From Tubiluchus corallicola (taxonomy: Eukaryota; Animalia; Priapulida), in contig JAQGDQ010002368.1 in NCBI GenBank assembly GCA_030141605.1, positions 62,001-126,000 of the forward strand: a stretch of DNA of 64,000 nucleotides, in the 5' to 3' direction. Below the pieces are notes generated by a model. It had not been told where the DNA came from. It did no database searches and worked only from the letters and a program-made list of their open reading frames with translations. Each line of letters opens with the position of its first letter. Position 1 is the stretch's first letter. This document shows, one piece after another, positions 26,483-39,700 of this stretch. A program made the position numbers and the translations under genes.

Positions 26483-28142
26483 ATGTCGACAAGTATTCCA
26501 GGACAAGGAGACGAAGATGTGATGGCGAGCACACCTTTATTTGGAGAAACACGACCACGGGTAAATGGAAAAGGAGTGAGGGAGATAGATGTGAGAGAGG
26601 AGAGAGAGAGAGAGAGAGAAACTGCTTCCAAGCTTGACAACCCAAATAGACAAAATCCACATTATGAACTTGTATGATAATTTGTGCAGATGGGGAATTT
26701 ACGTGGTGGTGTTTATTTGTCTTCTGTCAGTGAATTCACTATCAAGTTTGTGATTCCAACTTACATTTCGTATAGACTCACTTGTAATAGTTTGTGTTTA
26801 TTTTATTTTCAGGATAGGTTGATTAATTATATAATTGCACTTGTGACGGGCATTCTTGTTGTGGTAAGTTTACAGCGTTGTTAAAAATGATAAACTTATG
26901 TTGCACCATTTTCAACAGTTTGCATTATAGTTCATTACACCGCTTTCAACTGTTTGCATTCATGTAGATGTGCTTTTGTTTTGTGTTTAACTGCTACATT
27001 TCTCTATTTTTTGGAGAATGTTGTTGTTACTCCTAGTCTGTTGTTAATCTTTGGTGAATGTTTTGGTAAATATTAATGGTAGCTTTGTCTCTATGTCCAA
27101 AAATCATTGTATAAGAATAATATGTTACTTCTGATTGGCAAATTTGTGGTTGAGGAAATGCACTTTAATTTGTGCTTCAGAGATTACTGTGTAGTTACAA
27201 TTTGACATCATAAAAAACATCGAATCGGAATTTAAAACAAACAGTTACCATATAATTAGCAGGGTAACTTGGCTTTTTATTTGTGTTATTGTTAATCTGT
27301 TTGTATTACTTTGCATAAGGTTTTTATTTCAGTTTTACTTGGCATAAAGTTTTCATTTCAGTTTTACTTGGCATAAAGTTTTTATTTCAGTTTTACTTAG
27401 CATAAGGTTTTTTTTTCAGTTTTACTTTGCATAAAGTTTTTATTTCAGTTTTACTTAGCATAAAGTTTTTATTTCAGTTTACCTTTATCAGTGCTTTCAT
27501 ATTTCCCGAGTCATCGCTCAAAGCCTTGGGTGTGTTTTTCTCAGTTTGCATTACACTGGTCTGTGTTGAGAACTTGTTTCTGGTAAGTAATACACAGTAC
27601 TAAGCAGTTAAATAACTGTTAAATAAAATGGATACTACATGTTAAATGTTCTTAAATTGGTTTAATAGTGGGTAAACTGCCTTGCTTTTGTAATACAATG
27701 TGTAATAAAAATATACATTATGTGGTGATACTTAAATTTACTTCTTTATTGTAAATTTGTGCTAAAAATGTCCAAGGTAATGTCATTAGTCATGACATTA
27801 TATAATCTTGAAATAACGAGCAAAAAAGTATAAAAAGAATTAAATTGGCGTAATAGCTTCTGATTAACTTATCTGTGTGCATTTAACCTGAGCATTGATT
27901 ATTTACCTTTGTTGACTAATTACTATACTATAATGTACTTTATTCAGTATAATAGACATTAAAGGCAAATGGCAATTTCATTACTATTCTGAAGAAGCTC
28001 TAGACTCTCTTCTTTGTTATAGATTCAATGGTATAGGCAGGGTGACCTGGATACAAAGTTTCGAATGATGATTTACTTCAATACATTATGTATTCTGTTA
28101 TTTTGCATTTGTGCCAATTGTTACTATCATCTCAGCTATTAA
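26483..28142 (+). CDS. TMEM243: Transmembrane protein 243 (C7orf23 family), 4 coding exons, 117 aa
   Basis: Exons 26483-26560 (MSTS...PLFGETRPR), 26813-26863 (DRLINYIIALVTGILVV), 27478-27582 (FTFISAFIFPESSLKALGVFFSVCITLVCVENLFL), 28023-28142 (IQWYRQGDLDTKFRMMIYFNTLCILLFCICANCYYHLSY*). All introns are GT-AG, phase 0. PLFGET, DR-IN, ISAF-FP, WYRQGDL and CICAN-Y match the TMEM243 family. Confidence 0.92.
26593..26618. repeat. (GA)n microsatellite in TMEM243 intron 1
   Basis: GAGAGAGGAGAGAGAGAGAGAGAGAG run. Confidence 0.85.
27304..27480 (+). repeat. 29-bp minisatellite, 6 copies, overlapping the TMEM243 exon-3 acceptor
   Basis: Unit ~TTTTACTT(T/G/A)GCATAA(A/G)GTTTTTATTTCAG; the AG ends fall at 27332, 27361, 27390, 27419, 27448 and 27477, exactly 29 nt apart. 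Confidence 0.95.
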
Positions 28143-30796
28143 ATGTGGAAATAATGTAGAAAAAAGCAACTGCATATGGAAATAATGTATACAAACAAGT
28201 GACCGTATAGAGCATCTGTATGAACAGGCCAGAAGGGCAAATGACGCCAAGTAATAGCCTCATAGTAAATGATTATGTATCAAAGTCTTAGCGTCTAGTC
28301 CGCCTGCATAAAAGGTGAATTGTGTGATACAAGTGAGAGCAACAGCAATGACTTGTGGTGGAGTTGGCATTTGGAAACCTTAGCGTTTTTGTGTGAACTA
28401 TGAACATGCAACTATGAACTTAATGATTGGTATACTGAGGTGTTGCACCTTAACAATTGAACGTTTATTGCATCACGTGATGTTAATCGTTAATGGATTG
28501 TAAATAATTTATTTCACCGCATGTTTGCATTTTATTGAAGTGCCTTTTTGAAGCTGTTCAAATGAAAATTTTTTTACTAGATTGAAGCTGTAATGAAGTT
28601 TTACTTTGATTCTGTATTATTACATGTAGGAACTGTGAAACACGATTTTAGTTTTTAGTTTTCATTCCAGATTTGTTTAAGTGATGTATTGCCATTTGTT
28701 TATTTATGAAAAACTAACTCGTGGCAGATTGTAACAATGCCTTTTGCCGTGACACTAGAATAACAGTGCTTTTATTAACAGCAGATAACGAAGCTTTAAT
28801 CAAACAAACAGAGGTTATTTGTTTTTTTCTCCACTCTATCATTTAAGAGACTGGACTGCCACGAAGTCCCCCATATTCCACTGATTTTTTTCACTGTGAT
28901 TAGAAGTTCGTATCTTGCTAGTTATTTGTCCAAGAATTTGTTTATGCCAAGTGGCCCATTTCTACATCATATCTGTACTAGTTATTATAATTGTGCTTAA
29001 GTCAACTGAACCTGTGATGTAATTCTGTTAATTTTAATTTGACAAGAAAAATCAGAACAGATGATATACTAAAAAGTAACATTTTGTTGTCATTTATGTC
29101 ATGACCCAAACGTATTTTGGCTTTTGTTCAAACTATCATTAGACAAATTTTGCTGATAAAATAGATTGCAGTATGATAGTGAAAGATGTTTGTTAGTACT
29201 CTCGCTATTAAATTGAAATCACTGCTTGAATACAGAAATACCTGTGGGTAGATTTTTGGTGTAAACTAAATAGCAATACTCACAAATGCATGTTTGTAAA
29301 ATGTTACATACAGTATTACAAAGTTTTATTTATATAGAATTTTTATACGGGAATAATGCAAAATAAATTACTTTAGTTCATTATTTTGCTCTCATAACTT
29401 TCTTTAAATTACAAACTATTTGGTAATGTGTGTATTGTGAAGCAGGTTTTGCATTATGCATTACATCAGAAATTTTTGCTGGTACATATTGTGTGGTGAT
29501 TACCATGACTCTGGGCTTAGTTCGATACTGAAAACCTAATCAGTACCTGCTCTTACATTATTCAGTGTCACACATTCTATAACAATATGTACATATTATG
29601 AGATATTCATTGAAAGTTGACAGTTTTATTTAAAATTATAGCTGCTGTGAGTAAATAATAGTTACCACAAATATAGTACAACTAATAATAACAAAAAAGT
29701 ATTAAATTAAAAAATGTATAAGTATTAAGCACAAAACAAACAAACCATAACATATTAATTACCAGACTGATTAAAAAAGATAAACTAATCAGGCCCAGAA
29801 GAAAGAAAGTGCAAGAATTAAAAAGTAACTAACAGGAGAAAAGGAAAAATGACAGATGATGCGCTGTTACATACTGGATGTAACATGAAAAATGAAAATG
29901 GAAAATCAGAACTTAAATTCACACTAGAATTTGGGACAATAAATACAACTATCAACAAGGAAGCCACAAGAGAAGAATCATTCTTTCACTTCTTCCAGGA
30001 AACTAAAGAAAAGCAGCTAAACTTGAATTGGGAATACTGTAACCTAATCGATCTCTTCCAACAGTTCATTCTAGTTTGTAACAATTTCATAATTATCATC
30101 ATTAATGACTATAAAGAAGCAGTTCATTCTTTCCATATTGTGTGATTAAAACTTGATTCTTACTTCTGGTATTACCAATGTTTTGGCAAATCTCTAGCTT
30201 CAGAATTCAGTACGAATATTTCAATTATAACCATACAACTGATATATTTTTTCCAATTTCTGTAGTAACACACACTCATATTACTCGCTAGTCGTAATTT
30301 GGCAATACTGTAGTTTGCATAAAACTGACAGGTAACGTTTGTTACAAATGTTACGTGAGTGTCACTGAGAGCTAGCTTTCCATTCATTTATGCCTCAATA
30401 ACAAAACACAATGACCAAAAATCTTGAAAAAAGCCAAAAACCAAGATTTTAGGTGAAATATATATATATAATATTGCAGCTCGCCGGACATGTTGCTCAT
30501 CATGTCATACATATAAATAACCATGTAACAATATAGAGGCGTATATACATAAATAGTTTTTACACAATTTAAAACGATTTTTTGCCACACTACAAAATGG
30601 TCTGTTAGTCAAAGAGATTTACCAATACAGCAAACTGATGATAAATTCAGACCACTGTAACATAACATAATGTGTCAATCCTGCATTAAATAAACACAAC
30701 TGCATTGCAGTCCATATATTTCTATTAATTTTAACTTCTTACCTTGGCGTAATTTTGGCGAAAGCACGTGTAATATATTCTTGATTACAAGCTGGA

Positions 30797-33700
30797 CTAC
30801 TGCAATGTTTCATGTGTAACCACTGGATCTGTAAGAAATACATACAAGCATGAGTTGTACTGGACTTGTAAAATGTCCCACCTGCATTTTTCATTTCACC
30901 TATTTCTCCCTTTTATATGAATTTGTTTCTTAGCTATGTTTTATTATATCACTTGATCTTTTAACTTTGTATTCTAACCAGTGCTTAATATGTGAAACTC
31001 ACATAGGAAAATGACACATCTCTCTACTGGTACTACAGAGAAGAGTTGTTTTGTAAAATTGGTAACAAGTATCCTAGAATGTATGTAATCTAATAAAGTA
31101 GCATATTCTACTACATACCATAATTATTAAGGCATCTAGTGCTTCAAAAATATTTTGTTTAGCAGTTGAATCGTAAGTTAACATAACGATAAGTAAATGC
31201 AATAATTACTACGTCTGGCTGTTAAGTCACATGTACATTCAAGATCGGCTGAGCCATGGACTGTTGCCACAATCAGCACGTTAACAAGATTGCAAACTTG
31301 CACTTTGAATGAAGTCAGAGCAGGCGAATTTAAGCTAATTATCGATTATGCACATGTACTGATTATTTATCATAAAAATATTAATAGTGGAGTTTGAACT
31401 ATATAACACTACATGACTATCAAGCAAAACGCCGTGAATTTTAACTGAAATTATTAAAGCTTTTGATATTTTGCATGCATGATTCTTTGTGCTTCTGTGT
31501 GTTGAATTAAGAGTGTGATGGATATTCAAGGGCTATGGCGCACCTGAAAATTTAAGCCCTATTGTAGTGGTAAGATTGTTTGCTAAAAATACACAGATTT
31601 ACATGGACTTTACCTGGTAAAGTGATTACTGAACCAGATTCCAATGCTACAGTGTCCACAGTTTCACTTATTACTGCTTCTCCTTCATCTGTGTCCGGAA
31701 AGCCTACCGACACGACAGACTTGGGAATAACTATCTCGGTAATTTGTCCTTCACTATCAGGTGCTAGGACGGTAATGACTTCTCCCATGGTGTCCTCATC
31801 TGTCTGAGACTGTGCATCTGTTCCAATACATAAGCAAATTAACATTTGAAACTGATGACTAATAATGCTTCAAATAATTCAAAATAATGGATTTGCGATT
31901 ACTTTTTAAGGAACCATGTGAACGAAAATTTATGAAATATCGATATCAACTGAAACGGTTTAAAATATGTGCACAGAATTCCAAACAAAACTTCTGTTAC
32001 CAAATTATTGTTCATAAAATGTTGTACAAGGCTCTTATAATGTGAAAACAGTAATATTATTTACATAGGTTTATCATAATTGAACCAGTTACAACTTGCC
32101 CATGTAGGTGGGGGAATGCAGAAAATGTTAGCATGTTTAGTTCGGACTTGGTCTCCTAAAATTGATCATTCATGGCATAGATGAGAACATTAATCCAATT
32201 TTATGTATTGACACATTTTATGGATCCAGATGAAATTGTATTCAGTGAAGGGACTGTCTAAATTTTTTAAAAGAATAATTTTGATGCCACAGTTAAGTCA
32301 GTTGATTTTGGCAGACTGGTCTAGCCTAGCCATGCTGGTTTGAAACTAATCCTATTTCATCAAATTAAACAGTAGCTCCCTACACCACTAGCTCAAATGC
32401 CACAAGGCAGAATGGACAAAAAATATCACATATTTTATCAAAGAGATGTCTAATGGCAGAGGTTAGAAAATGTTATTTTGCGGTCAAGCATAAATGTAAA
32501 ATACTCTGGACAGAAAACACAAATAAGGAAGATGCTAATGTATTCTTCATTCATTTAAATTTCCAGAACTTACTTAGAACCAAAACACCCAAGTTTTACA
32601 AAGCTGGTGAAGAGTATTCAATCCAGAGTTTTTTCATTCTGCTGCAACAACCTGTGACGGTAAGCACCTCATTAAATTACTACATTCAAGATTGTTTGCG
32701 AGATTAGTTCAAACAATGTGGTCAATGTAGTTCTGAGCAGCTGCAAAAAGAATGCTTAGCGAACCACACCTTGTTCAGAGTCTTTTGCTCTTGTCGCTAA
32801 CGTTGCTGGATCATTGTCATCAACAGTCATGGCTAGCTGCACTTCACCCAGTGAAAATTCGTTGCTTAAATTAGACTCGTCTTGACCACCCTGTAATATC
32901 ATTCCCAGAGATCCTATTTGAGCTGCGTCTAAACTGTCGTTGTCGACCGCAAAAGAGATTGCGCCATCAGCATCAATAACTAACTGGTTAATTGTGTTGC
33001 TTTGCACGATGACATTTTCATTGCTGTGGACTGCTGAATCAGGCTTAAAATGAAAAATAAACTCAGTAAATAATTAACAATAGTCAAAAGACAATTGTAT
33101 TTTCATACAGACTATGTTCTATACAGCTCTCATAGAGAAATGTTATGTTACATTAGCTAATGCAAAAACCTCAATTGCAGTAATTCAGACGCTTTACTGA
33201 TAGAAAAACATACAGACATTCAAAAAAAGTGCCAACAATTTAGCAGGACAAAGCTTCTCTGCAGACTCCAACAGGGACTTCCTATTGGAATTTAATAATT
33301 TAAAGTATTAATAACAGAGCCAAACCACAAATAGCTGATAATCTTGAAATTAATATCACAAAATAATTAAAGCATTAATAAATATCTCCCACAAGGAAAT
33401 GAAACACGTAAGTCAAAGTAAGAAAATGAAAATGCATAAAAAACTAAATTTTTCTTGCATTTTACATTATTAGTGCAATTCCTAATTAAAAATAGAATAC
33501 AGAACAAAAAATACTCAAGAAATACATGCTGTTTAAATAACTACTATTATTATTGTTGTGCTTTTAGTGACTTTTTGTCTTCTTGTGTTTTTTCTGTGCT
33601 GTGAATTTTATTCTTATTTAGTGAATGTGTTTAGTGCTAACTTCCATATGCTGCACTAAATGTATCAATGTACTATAATGATTTTTGTTATTACTATGTT

Positions 33701-36700
33701 TTATTATCACTAATCAATCTAATAAAGTTTTCACTACTATACGCAAGCAAAGCATAAAAATAAAGAATGTTACTAAACTTACCTTTATGATAATTTGTTG
33801 TGTTAGTTCAGAACTGCCATCCAAGCTTTGCTGCTGACTTATCAGAGCTAGAGGATCTGCTACCAGATAAGACTGAGAAATTTCCTTTCCGTCCTCATCA
33901 GACGATTGAAGAATTTCGTATGAAACTGCAACACCTGCTGCAGAGTCATCAGTGCTCTGCTTTGCTGTGTCTTCAGCTGCAAGAAAATAAATCAAATGTG
34001 ATTTGGAAAGTTTAGCATTGACAGAGTGCAAGTGTGCTGCTTTGTTATTATTTTAAGTACAGCTTGGTGAAACAGTTGATAAGGCAATACATGACAGTGT
34101 TAATACACTTTACGGCCAACAGAATGGTGCAGCGCACGTCTGCTGCTTGGCTCTGCTTGGCCAAAACAGTTGACAATGTGTAGGCTTACATGAGGTTACT
34201 TGGCTCTTTTCTTTTTTTGTAACAAAAATGAAAATAACTAAAATGCTTTTACTGTGAACACCTTATATATGGTCAGATTCACTAAGAAGGTGAGCTGCTG
34301 CACTATGTCTAGGGGCTTCTTTGAGGTCCAGGACTGCTCTGGGGCAGGAAGAGAAAAGCTGAGCAGTCCTACATCAGTGTTGGTTTTTGCGGATGATTCA
34401 TATCAGTGGTAACCAGAGTACTTTACACTGAGTACCAAAAAAACAGCTATATATTTTCGAACTTTTTTAAATAAATATACTCGCCCAGTTTGTAGCGGAA
34501 AGAAAACTGTGCAAAAAGACAGTGAAAATTAATTTGCAGTTTGTTAGTTAGTACCACAAAGTAATGAGAAAATAACCAAGTAAAGGGCTGGCAAATAATC
34601 TAAACAAGTTTCAAAAGAGAAGTGCTTTATTATAATTTAAAGCACTTGGGGCAAATTCTTTGGAATTTAATCTGGTAAAAAGTGCAAGTCATAATATATT
34701 TTATTGGTGCAATTTAATTTATTATGAGATTTATAGTACAGTCGGGATGCGTTACAAAACATATAAAATTAAATCCTATGCAAAATTCAAGACGCTTATA
34801 GTAATTCTGCTGCATCTGTACAATTCAATTTAATAATGTCACGATAAGCTTACCAGAATGTAATTCTGATGCATCTGTAGCTGGCTCTGACTCTAAATTG
34901 TTGGATCTCGTCCATTTTCTTGTGTTTTCAGTGCTCAGCTCACCTTCTTCGAACACAGTTTTGATTAGATTCTCTCCATTATCACCAAGACAAGCAACAA
35001 TTTCTGCAAAAATCAAAACGTTTCAGTACAATTCTGTAGCAGTGACCATGCCTAAGTTGCAATGGATATTTCAGAGTAATCAATTAAATGTATGGATTGG
35101 AGCTCAAAGTCAAGGTCTTCTACTTTCAAGGCAGCTATGCTGACCTTGCACCACAGGGGTACTCTGATAATTCTTGTAGATAACAGAGTTTATGGAAAAA
35201 ATTAATGAAGCTACCCATATTTCAAAAAGGAATGTCTGAATGTACCCCTAAAAGTTAGCATCTGGTAATTGGGAACATTTCTCTTTATAGCCCACCATTT
35301 CCCACGAAGCCATTGCGGTGAACGAGCGCTACTCCACCCTTCAGAAATGGCTTCCCAGTCAATTGAGGCTTCATCTTGAATACCAGCATCCGCACAAGCT
35401 TTAACCCTGAAATATTAAAGTATGAAATACCATGTTTTGTGTATATTTAATTAAGTAATTATGAAACTTAATGAGCTTGAACTAAATGTGTGACATTTTT
35501 AAATGGTGTGATTTGATTTTTGCACAGTGAATAACGAAAAGAATTTAACACAATAAATCACATTTAGCATTTTGTACACACCATAGTAACATTTTCAATA
35601 CCATACATAGTGCCAAAGATACAGGTTTACAGCTGGAAAAATTTAGTCTCTACACATTTTTTTTATTTGCTGCCATCCATCTTCGACTAGCCATTCTATA
35701 GGCAAATATTAGGGCTTGACAATGTTTCTCAATGTTTGAAATACAAACACACAGCAGAAACTAGATGAATCAGAAAAACTTTCAGACATCTTGAAAAAAC
35801 TCACTTGTTAATAAGGGTTATATCGTCTGAAAATAACCATTCAGAACCACCCTTTTGCTTCCAGTTCAGAATATTCAGCCATTTTGAACGACACTGTTTT
35901 TCTGTACGAGTCTTCACCAGAGCTGCAACACTAGACCAGGAGACATTCTGTGTAATGCTGCTACCAGGTCGGAGCCCTGTCTGCTCATAAACTGCCTCTG
36001 CTAATCTATCTTCTTCATCTGGCTGCCATTTGCCTGTTATTAACAAAATGGATAAACTTTTCTAAAAATGCTAAGCTTAATTGAGTGCTACCAGTCAAAA
36101 ATCATGGCGAGAACATCATGGATAACAAAAAAAGCAAGTCAAATAAATGACACCCATTTGTACAATTTGACACATTCCTTCACTAGCCTATTGTATTCCA
36201 CGTTATAGGCATTTACTATATTGACAGAAGACTACATTTTGCATTTGTGCAAATAAAATGGAAGTTGATTACTAACTCTTCGGTAAAGCTCAAGCACCTC
36301 AAGAAAAATTTATCGAATCTTAACTGTGATGCTAAGATGAGCTTGGGAAGACTTTTGTAAATTAATTTTAAGCGAAATTTTGTCCACTATCCTTTCGCAC
36401 AATCAGGACTCTCTGGTAAACTTTGGCTAACGTATCCATTTCACTACAGAAAAGATCATCACACATGCAATTTACAGCAACTTATGTTTACCGTGAATTA
36501 TAAAGCACAAAGTAATGCTTCCATCTTCTTAAGTAATCGGTTTCTATGTCACACCAAATTAGACTAATGACAATACGTAATAATTCCAGTTTTCTTACCA
36601 GAATTGCAAGTTTCTTTCATTAGACGACATCTGTCCTTCACAGAAGAGGGACTTCGGCCAAGCACATAACCGATAGTTACCCAATCACTATTGTACTTCT

Positions 36701-39700
36701 TCCGCAACCTAAAACAATAAAAGCTTTGTTACCTTTCAAAAACTAAAAAGAGAAATTATTTTAGGTACCCGACACATTTACTTACAAAAATGTTGCATTA
36801 AAAACTATACTCTACTAATTAAATTAGAGGACACCTAAAGGAGATGCAGATCTATGGCTCAAAGTCACCACAGATATATTTATTATGGTATTTTTTGATT
36901 TTGTCACTTTGGCATTTTGAACCAAAAACAATGCTTTTCCCAGGTGTTTCTGAAGCCTATCCCTGTCCCAACTTTGGTGAGTGCAACCTCATCTGTTTTA
37001 ATTTGAGTATAACCTCATCCATTTTGATGAAAACAGGTAAAGTGTATTTTTTAGTTCTGTAAGCTACATCTTAGACCTTTTGGACCAAAAGTAGAGGATT
37101 TCTTGGTCTTGCCTAGATTACCACTGTGCCAAAAGTGGAGTTATAACTTAATCCTTTTCGATTTTATTGTGTGAGCAGACATACATGCATGGAAACTATT
37201 AAATGCCCTACTTTACAGTGTCAGTGTTAACAAATAACTAAATATGCATTAGTTATAAATTTCAATTTGGCTTAAAGTATTATTCATAAAGTATTATGCA
37301 AACATGAAAGAACTAGCACTGACTCTTTTAGTTTTTCAATTTCTTCTTCTGTGTATTTTCCTACGTGGTTCTTCGAGTCGTACATACGAAGCACACGTCG
37401 ATAGACTGCAAACAACGGACGCTGCAGGCCTTTTGCAATAACTCGGTAGAAGTCCTTCCTTTCATCTTTGGTCATTTTGAATATGACATCAGCTGGATCT
37501 GTAAATCCCCGTTCCTGAAAAAATGGCACAAAAGACTTTAAAAAACTGAATTCACAAATTCAGGATAAGGGTGAGTTTCAATGTGTAGCATTTGCAGTTA
37601 ATTAGTGTTCAACTATATGTCTAGCTAAAAAACTAATTAGTGATGTGCTTCCTAACAGGTGATGTGCTTGACTGCTAGGAAATTGTTTTCATGGTGCTTT
37701 TCTTATAACTTATGTGATTCATTCAATTTGAACAAGAATTATTGACAGGAAAAGAAAGCAAAGATTCAGAATGCAAGTTTCTGCTGAAGATAAATTTCTA
37801 ATCTGTTTCTGTAATTGCAAAGTCCTAGAAGTAATTCAGAAGAAACATATTAAAATGCCAGAATAACCCTCTACAAGAACATAGTTTATGATGACAGTTA
37901 AAGCGATGATACTTCATTAATATAGTATTTTGTATAAGCATTTGATGCCATCATTAACATACAGAACACTTAATTAATGTGAAAGTACATCAAGTAAGTA
38001 GACAAGAGGGCGTCAAGTAATTAGAATAAACTTCTGCGGCCCGGACAGGTAAACAACTACTGCACGAAAAAAAGGTTTACCTACCTTGCAATACGTTTCT
38101 ATATTAGCTTCTAGTAATAAATTTTCTTCCTTGGACCACTGACCTCGTTTCCACGACACGCCTAGAAGTCCACATAAAAACAATTTTAATGTAAAATTTG
38201 CTCTACGTCAAAAAATTACAGTGAGTTGACTCATCAGTAACAAAGTAATTTTGTTTATCACTACCAATGTCTGAAAACAACAAAAACAATAGTAACAGTA
38301 AAAGGCCAAATGTCATAAAATATTTGATCAGTATCAGCAGACATACTTTAATTGGTGGTAAAACAAAAGGTGTTGAAAGGGTGGCAAATAACAAAATTAG
38401 CAAATGAAATTTTGCTACCTATAATGCATGTTGGCATTACTGTAAGTCGAGCTGTCAAGCAAAAGAAGAATACATAAATTAATAGATTTACTGAATTTCA
38501 TATTTTATTTTCCAAAGGCTAATGTGATTATTTCCATTTAGCAACTAACTACTTAACTTTACCCCATAGACTTTGTCTTTACAATTTCACTATCTAATGC
38601 AGTATTGCAGCCACATCTGGGCTTGTGATTCAGTCTTTTACCTTAACTCACTTGACAGGCTGTTGAATGACATTGCAAATCTAGTTGACAGTCCGATTTT
38701 TTTTTGGGAGATACCTTTGCTAATTCATTCTTATTAAAGTTCTATTGCTATATTATTAAATCTCATCCATCGCTACTTTTGTGAACGATGCTCTTGTGAT
38801 TTTCACTTGTTCCTAAATAACGATAGTTTGCTTGAAATATTCATTTTGCTGCCGTTGCTCACATTTTATTCCGTCATATACCTAGAAGGAAACTGTTTAA
38901 TTACAAATCCAGTTCACCCTCCCCTGCTTCTTATTACCAAAAAGATAGCTTTCTCTGTTAGCTATAACCTCATTTGCTTATAGATGCCTTTTATCTTTGC
39001 TAAGTCAGTTATGTCTGCAGTCACAAAGTTTTTGTTTTTCACAACTGTAATAATATTCTCTTTCTAAATGCAGCAATATCTTCAATTGTCACTTACCTTG
39101 TTTGGGACAATAATATAAAGTATAAAACCACAACAATAGTAACAAAAAACAAAATTCGACGTAACAGCTTAATGATTATTTTCTATTGTAACACAATTAA
39201 TTGTATTCTAATACCTTTATCTTTCAGCTGCTCTTTATCCTCTTTCGTAGTAAACCAAGACTGATTAACTATTTTCCGTTCACTAGGATTACTTGAATCC
39301 TTTGTCGAAGAATTTGCTCTGGCTGGTGTATTAGTACTTTTAGTTAAATCCTTCACCTGGAAAGCGCAAATCAAAAATACTCATAAAACACTACTAATAT
39401 AAGATACAAAAAACCTTTAACTGTTAAGTGAAGTAACGAGTAAACGACAAGATACAAATTTAACCAAGAAAGTTTAAAATCTAAGCCGTATGCCCGATTA
39501 CACTCAATACTTTGATATAGACACTAATGGTTTTGAACGGCTAATAATGATAATAAATTAGGAAATTTAAAATAAGTTACCCGTGGAGACTTGACAATGC
39601 TGAATAAAGTACCAGATGTCGTATTTGTTTCATCATTTTCTGTAATATAAAGAGAGCTTTATTCATCAATGGAATACTACTGAGCCTAGAAGCTTTCACC

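Noticed and set aside
27304-27480. CRISPR-like array
   Set aside because: Head-to-tail 29-bp units without unique spacers, inside a eukaryotic intron, with no cas genes.
29849-30590. Short ORFs between TMEM243 and DMTF1, and most other 60-120 aa ORFs in the track
   Set aside because: AT-rich composition, no recognisable motifs, located in UTR, intron or repeat sequence; expected by chance.
38195-38245. Hammerhead-ribozyme-like CTGATGA-GTCAA...TTGAC on the minus strand in a DMTF1 intron
   Set aside because: The required GAAA after stem II reads GTAG, and stem I cannot be formed.
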